The position numbers were made by a program, and so were the translations under genes. The notes beneath the pieces are model-generated. The model was given only the letters and a program-made list of their open reading frames with translations, made no database searches and was not told where the DNA came from. 64,000 bases of DNA from Tubiluchus corallicola (lineage: Eukaryota; Animalia; Priapulida), in NCBI GenBank assembly GCA_030141605.1, contig JAQGDQ010000099.1, forward strand, positions 451,194 through 515,193, read 5' to 3'. Each line of letters starts with the position of its first letter. Within the stretch, counting starts at the first letter, position 1. Below, piece by piece: positions 1-11,000 of this stretch.

Positions 1-87
<87 letters not shown>

Positions 88-91
88 TAAC
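1..91. repeat. (TAA)n microsatellite
   Basis: Directly visible. Confidence 0.97.
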
Positions 92-715
92 AGGGGTGCT
101 TGGAGACAACAAGTGTGACATGCCGTTTTGTACGACCTAGCAGCAGCAACGACGTATTATAGTTAAGACTGAGATAAAAAGAAAATTTTTTCGTCTTACA
201 AATATGTACCGAACTACTTGTAACACCAAAGTGTAAAAAATTTCCTGCTCAAGTATAGCAGTCAGTGTTTGCTGAATGCTTTGTTCAATCAGCTTGCTAA
301 AATGTAGTGTACATCACAGTGCATTTATGTTCGTAAGGTCCATTTATTGCCTTGAGCCATCTATAGTCCAAAATTTGAATATTAGTACAGGCTCAACTTC
401 TATCAAAGTTCCCCCCACACTACAACATTATTGTAAACAGTACCACACGAATCGTGCTGTCAGTTTCACGTCACCTTTCAGCAACAATCACTACTTGGAT
501 AACACTCATCCGTTGCAGTTGCTTCGCCATCTTCTCATTTAACAAACACACCTCGCCTATCTTTAGAAAACTTCTCAAACAGCCTTCAACGCCTTGCAAA
601 GTACCCATAAAGACAGATTCAATATTAGTCAGTGTTTCACTATTAATTTGTGAATCACTATCATATGCTTCCACACCACCTGTGCAGTCTAAGGGGTCCT
701 GTTTCTACTACTATT

Positions 716-1038
716 TCAACTTGGCTTCACTTCTGCATTATCGATACTTCCCTCTGTAGTAACATCACTCCTGTCTGGACTCAGTAACAATGATGTGCTA
801 AGACCTTGTCTCACGGCAGATGCCATGGCAGCCGTTCTAGCCTCGTCCCAAACGTAACGCTTTGGTGCTTCCGCCAACGATTTTCCCTTCGGAGATGTAC
901 TTTTTCTTTCCCATGCTCGTCTATATGTGCCTTTACGAGAAGACTTTGAGGTGCTATCCTTCTTGGTTGGAGAAATCGCATCCTTTCCATACCTTTTCAC
1001 GATCACTTTACGTTGGTGCTTCAACTGTGGGAACAAAT
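716..1038 (-). CDS. DROSHA: Drosha terminal coding exon 22
   Basis: [18 protein letters not shown] resembles the FPQMAHQKRFIERKY segment of vertebrate Drosha; Lys/Ser-rich tail to TGA at 716-718; candidate AATAAA (minus strand) at 343-348. Confidence 0.88.
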
Positions 1039-4000
1039 CTATAAAAGAAAAATGAAAAAATTTTCTTGCAAATTTTCAGTATAATTTAGAATAATGTAAT
1101 ACTTACACAAACGCAAGTTATGTAAGATGTTTAGGTTTACGCCATAACAAATCCTCGCTTAATGACACTAAAGCATTCCAGCAAAATGCAACACTAACTA
1201 AACGTTGCTAAACAAAAGCGTTCCCTCTGTGGAAAGTAATTAGAAATGGTTAAGTTGCATTGTATAAACAAAAATTATTAACACTTAGCTTATATAAATC
1301 AAAATTTTATGAGCTTTATTTTCTACAATTGACCCTAATGAGATTTTGACCTTCTAGGAGCTCAGCTTATTACAAATGCCCAAAGTTGCATTGTATATTG
1401 ATATGTAGTGCAAATGAGAGGTGCGAATACATCAATATAATAAACATTTCATTGTCTGTATAGCATGGAAAAAACAACTGGTAAAGCACTTCTGACTTTT
1501 CATTGCTAGCCTTACTGGTCTATACAATATAAGGCAATCAATCACTGGGTAACATGTATTGCCCAGTACGTTTGATGCATTTAACAAATGTTTGATTTTC
1601 TGCCTAAACTTTCTACATTATTATCTCCGGAGGTGATTTATACTCATATCCTCCTAGTGCCATCTATGGAGACTTTTTGTCAATTTTTCATTGCATTTGT
1701 ACCAAAGAAAATCTGAAGTCGTCTCTGCTGATGGCTACTATGCACTATAATTTCCTATCGACTTGTTTTGTTTCAAGAAGTGTAGAGTTATTCAAGAACA
1801 AAAAATGTTCATTAATTTCCAATGATATGATTATCATAATGGACTTTAAATTAAAAGCCTGCTGCAACAATTCACGTCAGGCTTATATAATTAATAAGTT
1901 ATGAAACTAGACCATTGTTGCACATATCATTTTAGCAATACACTGCAAAGAAATTTTGCAGAACTGTTGCTTGATGCTGCCCGACATACTTATAATACAA
2001 CAATGGAGAATGTAAAAGTTACAGCAAGTGTAAAATGTAATTAATCTAGGTTCAAGGGCAGTGCAATGTTCTTTTTCTTCCGTAATTTTAATAAATGGCT
2101 AGTAGTAGGGTGGTGCAAATCGAACTTTTCAGTGTGAAGTAGAACTTCTATTACTAACTAAGGTTGCTGGAATTTTTCTGCAAGAATGACCAATCAGAAT
2201 TACAGGATTTTTATTATATTATTTACATGAATTACTAAACATATCTCAGCTATGAGACTGAACTAGAAGTCTAGTAGCTGAGACATTTATTCAAGAGAAT
2301 CTAGACACAGCAAAAATATTCATTAACTATGGTGCTCATAGTCCATAGTATTTAGTATAGAAGATTGGTACATTTTCATATATGTCAACTTTCATACTTT
2401 TTAAATTAGTACTACAATGTAGTCATTTTAAAATCATTTTTATGATTTACACTTTTTATTTCAAGTTGTGTACTTGATTTTGAATTATTTGTTTGTCTTT
2501 CTTTTGTAATAAAATTTTTACCTGCCTTTTATGTAGCTTGCTGAGATAATTTCTATGTCGCTCACTTATCGTCATCATCATTGTCATCATCATCATTAAT
2601 GTTAAAAATGCAGCTTTTTAAAGGAAAACCGGACGATTGATTAGACTCAATCTCATTTTAATTTACTGTCCTAAATATACATTTCCTTGTCTATAAAAAT
2701 TAGCAATTGCTTCTAATATTTGAATAGTTATCTTGCAACCAAACACAGCCATTGCTTACATCACAAACTAAACACAGTTTTTTGCAATGGCAGGCATCTT
2801 AAGTGTGCGTCAATAAAGTTCACGTAAGCGAATATTGCTATAAGACACTGATGTGATGTCACGAATATGTGCTCTACATCTCACAGATGAACACTGCAGT
2901 GCATGATCATGCTTATCAAGGTACCACGCCTATTTGTTGGTCATGCGAATGTGACAAAAAGGCGCCATTACCAGTGAATTCGCTAAGCCGCTTGTAGCTT
3001 TGAATGTTTAACAAAATATAATTATCTGAGGTAATTATCATTTAATCTAAGCTTTGACTTAAAAAAAGCTATTGTAGTTTTCAATATTTTACACCACACT
3101 TTATTTTGAACTAATGTCTACACAATCGTCCAGTTTTCCTTTAAAGAGAACTATAATTTTGATTGGAATTTTAAACTGAGGTTTCTGATTGCCAATGTAC
3201 TACAGAAAATACTTGGAAACTAATTTGTTGGAGGAATTATTTAATGGCGACTTTGGTGTCTCTTCTAACTGTTAGATCACACATAAATTATAAAAAGTTA
3301 ACACATTACCAGAGTTTTCTTGCAGAGCATTAGTGGCAGCGTTCATTTCAGCTAGCTGTATGCTGTAAAAAAGCATAAACCAATGATAAGGAGATTTTAG
3401 ATTAAATAATCATGTTACACTGATCTGTTACATTTTATTAACTGCTGCTATCTATGCCATAGGAAATCCACGTCGCTTACTTCGTAAATCGACTATGCTC
3501 AGTTATTACTATTTAACACCGGACAACACTTAACACTAAAGAGTACTCACTATACCACAGTACTTAAGAAGTAATACTTTAAAGCAGAACGAAGTTACAC
3601 GTTTACTGAAATCAGATCAGATTCCCAATTTTTAAATGTGAAGAAACGTCTAAAAATGATCAAATCTTGAGTCATAGCAGCACTTCTCAATGAAATTTAC
3701 TAATAATAAAATGAATGCAAACAACATTAAAAATTGTTTAAATAGACGACAATTTTTGCAGTTTACAGAAAGACTAGCAAATGACATCTCAAATATTCAG
3801 TTGTCAAAGAAGCGCTTAAGAGTCATTCCATGAGAAAATCAGCAAAATAGTGGAAGGTGACAAATCACCGATTTTGTTCATATTCACAGGGTTTGATGGT
3901 CCCCTCAGATGTACCCCACAGCCAAAATATTAGATTTCAGAAATGAGCCGTTTCTGAGAAAAGCCGCCATTTTGATTTTTTTCGGATTTTGGCCATTTTG

Positions 4001-7000
4001 GCGTAAAAAATTGCCCATTATTTCTCACGTTATTACAGACAGTAAATGAGCGATCCAGCATTAGTTAATTGTGATATATATAGTAGGGGTCTTACCCTAC
4101 CGTACCATTATCGTTGCCAAATTGAACCTCCTTTTCAGTTGGTGTCATCAGATTGCAAAAGATACGTGTCTGCTGCTGCTGAATTTAGACGCCATTTTGA
4201 AATCCCCATCACTCCACTGGGGCGGGTATTGGGGGACTAATCAATATATTTTTATTTGCAGCTTGACTAGTCATACAAATGCATGAAATAAAATTTTGGC
4301 CAGTGATCTCCCAAGAGTCCAGAATTTTTAGCCAAAGTTGCTCTTTTTTGCCATTTTCACAACCTTGACCTATATTTAGCTATTCGCCTTTGGATGACGG
4401 TGCTGCCATTAGAATCGATACAAAGTGCAGCAACGTCAATGTTTATAGTAGTAATGGACTGGCTTTAGATGTCTGGGCACTCCTAGCAACCAGGCCCCTC
4501 ATCAGGGGGCCGCATTCCCTTCGAAGGGCCCCTGTGACGATTACAACATAGTGATTTTTATAATCTGTATAAAACACGGAATAGTTTCATGTACATAATA
4601 ACAGTTTCGTGTACAAGTGCTCGGGCTATATACCTATGGCCCATGGATCAATACGGGGGCCTCGGGAGGGCCCCATTGTCTTGACTGAAAAATAGACTTC
4701 AGTCAAAAAGGTTTAGTGTCGCTTTGCTAAACAAGATTCTAAAGTAAGGCGGACAAGGCAAGGCAAGGCACTATTTGTGAAATTGTGTTGAAACCGCCGC
4801 GAGCATCGAATATAACATGTTGCGAGCCAATTTTTAAAACGCGCACAGCTTTGTGTGGTCTTGTATTCAACAGGCGAATAGTTGTCAGTCCCTGATATTT
4901 TTCCTCAAATCAATTCGAGTTAATAGTTAGTTAGTTACTAATACCCTGGTGTGGCAACTTTGGCAGCTTCGACAACCAGACTTCTGCTTACTAACAACGG
5001 GCATTAACAAAAAAACTGGTTAAGAAACGCAGCAAAGGCCAGTACGACCCTGCCTCGGCCGTTACATACTAATTCCGACTCTGTGCAACGTATGTTTCAA
5101 GCCATTCGCTCATATTGTATTTAACCGCCAGGTTTCCACCGTCTCGTAAAGATATACACATATACACCGACTACCATATTCAACTAAACTCTAACGAGAA
5201 TCAGGGCGCTGACGCTTATAATCGCAAATTTTCAAAATAACAAAAAGACAACAACAAATTCTTTACGTCCACGACAAATTTTTCAGTTTTCCTATGTATT
5301 ACATCAAAGTATAAAACGTCGTGGTCTACTGAAATGGTCCTAGAACTATAATCATATGGGTAGTTGAAAAGTTTGCGTTTTGAGATATTTTGAGCTACTT
5401 TAAGTTTGCTGAGACTGTAGTTATAAAAATGTCGCCAGGTGGCCATACCGTAGAAAGAATTACAATACGAGTTGAACAGATGAGTTTTGACATTAGGTGA
5501 ACAATGATGAAATTTTCTAAGAATACGGTTCACTCTAGCACAAAACAGACTTCGTTGTCTGATAACATCCATGTCATCTTTGTTATGACTGGTGATAATA
5601 TGGCCAAGATACTTTTCTGTTTCACACGGTATAATTATTTTACCGGCTACCTCAAGTGAACGGAAATTGAACCCACACATACTGGGGGGTGTAATTGTTA
5701 TGAGTTTAGTCTTGTCGACGTTTATTACTATGTCATGACTATTTGTGTATTCAACATACATATCAACTAAAGTTTGTAAAGCAGTGGTAGTGGATGCTAG
5801 TAAACATCCATCATCAGCAAACATAAGGTGATTTATATAAGTACCACCTATCTGACAACCTAGACCAGTAGATGTGAGGTCAGAACTCAAGTCTCTGAAA
5901 TATAAATTAAATAGTATGGGTGACATTTTTGCACCCTGCCGAACACCATTTGCGACTTTAAATGTGCTAGAGCAAAAATTTCCCCACCTCACAAACATAG
6001 TTTGTCGAGAGTAGTAAAACGCTAATAATCTTATAATAATGTTAGGCATATCAGCATCGACCAGTTTTAGAAACATTTTGTAGTAATTTACCCGGTCAAA
6101 AGCTTTAGATGCATCTAAGAACAATATGTGTACTGGACTCTGGCGCTGAATGTAATAGTCAATAACTTCTTTCATGGTATACAAACACATTTCGGTACCC
6201 AGTTCATCCACATAGCCAAACTGATTTGGTGTTGATTGAATTGAGTTACCGCATCTGCTTAAAAACAAAATTTCTAATAATTTGCTCGACACTGTGGATA
6301 GTGCTATTGGCCTATAATTATTCTTGGCTGTAATTTCCTTATTTTTGTCTTTCACAATCAGTACAATGACAGACAGCATTAGAGAATCAGGCAAAAAACA
6401 ATGTATGACACAAGCGCTATATAAAAGTGATAATACTATTGGCAGCATATGTGAAGTATACCTAAAATGTTCCGATTTAATTGCATCATTTCCAGCCGAT
6501 TTGTGCAGAGATAGTTTTGAAATGGCCTCTTGCACTTCTCTCACAGTGAAAGAACTCACAATACCCATGTTACTACCTAAGTTCAAGTCTAATTTTGCCG
6601 CAAGGTCACCGTTATTTGCAGAATTTAAAATCTTTTTGTAGAGCTTCCCCCACATATCACATATAGCCTTATCGCCTGAAATTTCGTCTATTTTAGGGGG
6701 TAGAGGAATTCTTGAATTAGTTTCCCTTTTTATCATGGCCCAAAATTCATAAGAATTACAGTTCATAAACTTATGAGCAATTTTATCTGCGACAATTGTT
6801 TTCTCTTGGATCTTGCATTCACGTAATGCAAGCTTAAAACGTGAACGTGCCTGGCGCATTTCATCAGCAATGAGCCCATTCCGAGGCTTGCCATTCGCAC
6901 ACCAATTTAAAAACCAGTGACGAAAGTGCCTGTGTTTTTCAGAAACGAATTCGTTCCAGCCAGGTATTATTTTATCCTTTATACGTTCATGATTTTGTGA

Positions 7001-8045
7001 CCGCTTATAACTAGGCAGCATATTCTGAGCCGCAAAATTTAGCACAGATATAATTGTGTCATGCATCAAAGCAAGTTGTTGTCTATGATTGGGGTTCTGA
7101 CAGTGAATGTCACCACAATAAATTGCGTCGTACGGGACAACGATTCCAGATAGCAAAGACTGTGTCATTGTTTGGTATTCGAGGAGATGATTACTTTCAG
7201 CTTTCTCCCAGTCAACCATAAAAAAAGGCACTATTGGTTTACAAGGTGTGTCCGAATCGCACGACACTTGGCCATTCAAAACGTCATTTACAGTGACTGT
7301 AGCCGCACCGTTAGGTGATAAAGCCATTCGATCTATATGCACGTTTAGTAGTAAGGGCATGTGATCTGAACTTGTTAGCTCATAATTCACACAGATATCT
7401 CCAATTAAAGAGTCCATAGCCATAGTACTAATTACATGGTCAAGCCATGTAGTTGAGTTGTGGGCTACACTAACGAACGTAAATGAAGAACTTGGCATTT
7501 TCACTACATCAGATATAATATAGTCATTAGCATTACACGTTTCACTTAGCTCCGCATAAAATCTTTTTTGAGGATGGGAATTGAAATCCCCGACACAACA
7601 AACATAGCTAGACTCTGTAGTTTCAATAATAGAGATGAGAGTGCCTAGACAATGCCTAAATTCATCAAAATTATTATCAGCTTCATAGGGAAAGTAAACA
7701 TTAATTAATACAAGTGGCATTAACTTATCAGGAAATGAAAGAGAAATACCCATTACTCTGCATTCGTCATCATAGGTAAGTATTTTACTGGTAACAGGAA
7801 GAGTTTTTCGCCATAAGATAGCCAAGCCTCCTTGTGGTCTACCATCTGGTATTCCTGTAGAGAAATCGGTTGGTGAAATTCCATGGCCATAGAATTCTGG
7901 GTGAATGCAAGATAGGTGTTCTAGCTCTTGTTTAGGCAACATCGTTTCTTGCAAAAGTAGCACATCACTAGATTTGCACAGTTCCTGTAGTACGTATTGA
8001 GACTCAGGGTGCAACACTGAATTGCAGTTATAGCTCGCTACCTTC

Positions 8046-8076
<31 letters not shown>

Positions 8077-11000
8077 CACACACAGAGACAGAGAGAGACA
8101 CAGAGAGACAGAGAGAGACACAGAGAGAGACACAGAGAGACAGATAGAGACACAGAGAGACAGAGAGAGACACACACAGAGAGAGAGACAGAGAGACACA
8201 GAGAGACAGAGAGAGACAGAGAGAGACAGAGAGAGAGAGAGAGAGACAGTGATAGACACGGAGAGACACAGAGAGACAGTAAGAGACACAGAGAGACAGA
8301 GAGACACAGAGAGACACAGAGATACAGAGAGAGAGACACAGAGAGACACAGAGAGACAGAGAGAGACAGAGAGAGGCAGAGAGAGACAGAGAGACACAGA
8401 GAGACAGAGAGAGACACAGAGAGACAGAGAGAGACACAGAGAGACAGAGAGAGAGACACAGAGAGACAGAAAGAGAGACAGAGAGAGACAGAGTGAGACA
8501 CAGAGAGAGACAGAGACAGAGAGGCAGAGAGAGACAGGGAGAGACAGAGAGAGAGACAAAGAGAGAGACACAGAGAGAGACACAGAGAGCGACACAGAGA
8601 GACAGAGAGAGACACAGAGAGACAGAAACTGTAATTTATCGTTTCTTTTTGAAATTTTCATTTTTTTTATTCAGAATTATGAATAATTCGTACTAATTTT
8701 TTTCCGATTTAGGTCACATTCAAGATCGAATCTCGTCAATTTATGGACGAGCTGGCCAAAATGTTATTAATGATCTAAGTATGCCTTGTCAAGCTGTAAA
8801 TAAACATATATTAATTATACTTCAAATACCCGCCCCAGTGGAGTTATGAGAATTTTAAAACAGGGTGTCATTCAGACTGTAGCAGACATGCATCTTTCAT
8901 GAGCTCATGATACCTACTGAAAGAGAATCTCAATTCATCAAACTCAATGTGGCAATAGGGCAAGACCCCTATTATATATACCACCCAGCAACTAGTCCTG
9001 GATCATTCATTTACTGCCTGTAATGATGTGACAAATATAGGTCATTTTTTGACGTCAAAATGGCCAAAATCCGAAAAAAATCAAAATGGCGGCCTATCTC
9101 CGAAACGGCTCATTTTTGATGTGTAATATTTTGGCTGTGGGGTACATCTGAGGGATCATCCAACCCTGTGAATATGAACAAAATCGGTGATTTGTCACCT
9201 TCCACTATTTTTTGACTTTTGCATGGTTTTCTCGTGGAATGACTCTTAATACACTAGAAAATGCCATCTCAAATATTCAAATAGCCATTTCTAAAGTTAG
9301 ATGGCGCATTTAATCAGTAATGCATTGACAAAAAATGCGAGGCTTTATTATCTAGGCATTTTTTGCAATTTAAAGAAAGACTGGCAAATGACGTCTCAAA
9401 TATTCAATTGTCAAAGAAGCGTCCAACACACGGTGTAAATAAGCATCCCTTCAATTACAACACGTCAATAACAACATGCCAAGACAAGTAGCCAAATATT
9501 TTGCTAATGCTACTACATACCAAAAACCTTTCACATTTTTATTACCTTCCTTAATCATGCGAAGTCTGAAAAGGCTTATTATACAGGTGTGCTTAACGTG
9601 GACTACAGAATTGCTGATACTGAGACATTACAGCACCTGTAATTGCTAATGTCAGTATTAAACTGAAGCACACAACAATGCACCCTGTCTGAAGGGATAA
9701 GCTGAAATTTGTGAAAGACTGAAAAAACTTACTAAAAGGCAAATGACAGATGTTACATTGGCAACAAATAGCAGCAACAACAAGAAAAATGGAACTCATA
9801 ACAATTTGTAAACAATATTTGAATATACAAAAGTTTGCTATTTGTTAGCTTGTAGCTATTGAAAAATTTCTGCTTTTGTAAAGGTGCAGAATGTCATAAA
9901 TGGAAGCACCCATGAATGGAAACTAGCTACTCACGTTTGAGCGGATCCTTTGCCAAGGCGTCGACCTCTGAAGTAAACGGCAACTGAAAAAACAAAAACA
10001 TTTCAATTAATTCACAAATGAAGAACATTTATGCAGCTTTGCATGTCTTTCTATACTTGTATACAAGCTTTCATCTCTTTTATATATCTTTTGAAATTTT
10101 TGCCCTCTTTTGACAGCTTGCTTATTTTCATTTCACCTCCATACTTCTTCTGGCAACTTTACACATCTTCTGACAATTTTGTGTAACTTCTGTCATTTTA
10201 ACGCATCATTCTTGGTGGCTTCATCTATTTAGAAGTCCAAATTACATCTTCAGCTTCATATCTTCTGGCAGCCTCACGTGTCTTCTAGCGGTTTCACACA
10301 ATATCTGATTCCCATATACAGACATGCTTCAAACACTTTCTAACGCCCTAACAACTAAACATCTTTGATGGCCTTATCGAAATTTTCTAACAGCCTCATT
10401 TGTCTTTCCACTGGCTTAGCACGTATTGTTTTCCAACGATCATACACATTTTTTAAAGGTTTACTGTTGCCTTCACACAGCTTTTAACTTTTTTACACAT
10501 GTTTTGAAGACTTTACTTGCCTTCTGAACAGCTTTGCTTACTTTCTGACATCTTCACACATCCTCTAGTACACGTCTTCTAACAACTTTATGTATCTTCT
10601 GTTTTTACATACATGTCTCCTGATATCTCTATGTCATTTAACACCTTCATGCATTCTAGTATATTTTCACATCTTACACCCACCTACCTGATAGCTACAT
10701 CTACCTTTTCACAGCTTTATACCTTTTATTTTTATACCTTTTTTAAACCTTTATGCCTTTTGATACCTTCACACAACTGCCGATATGTTTAGATGTCCTT
10801 CAAGCCTGATAATTTCACCCATTATGACAACTCCCCATATTTTCAATCAACTTTATAATTTCAATAGGACTAAAGATTGTTACTGTTTAATGTGCTGAAT
10901 TAATGCACCACACCAAGCTAATGAATATTTTGGCCAGGAAAAATTTTAAATATCGTTTTTGGCTAAAATAAGCAACTAACAAAACTGCAAATTATGGACT

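Larger units (their letters stand above)
3820..9245. mobile_element. Non-autonomous long-TIR DNA transposon, Sola3-like
   Basis: TTAA at 3816-3819 and 9246-9249; termini GAGTCATTCCA...TGGAATGACTC; imperfect TIRs of ~480 bp (3820-~4302 vs ~8752-9245). TTAA TSD, GAG/CTC ends and long TIRs are described Sola3 hallmarks. No transposase ORF inside. Confidence 0.8.

Noticed and set aside
471-674. 67-aa minus-strand ORF downstream of the Drosha stop, as a possible readthrough or frameshift extension
   Set aside because: Different frame, stops intervene, no recognisable motif; treated as 3' UTR
5270-8642. Weak inverted similarity flanking the LINE+microsatellite (AAACTG..AATTT.TCGT)
   Set aside because: Short, AT-rich and gapped; cannot be distinguished from chance by eye
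8028-8696. Long Ser/Leu/Cys- and Arg/Glu/Thr-rich ORFs on both strands
   Set aside because: Translations of the GA/CA microsatellite; stop codons are absent by composition
3820-9245. piggyBac assignment because of the TTAA TSD
   Set aside because: Termini are GAG/CTC rather than CCY/RGG and TIRs are hundreds of bp long; Sola3 fits better
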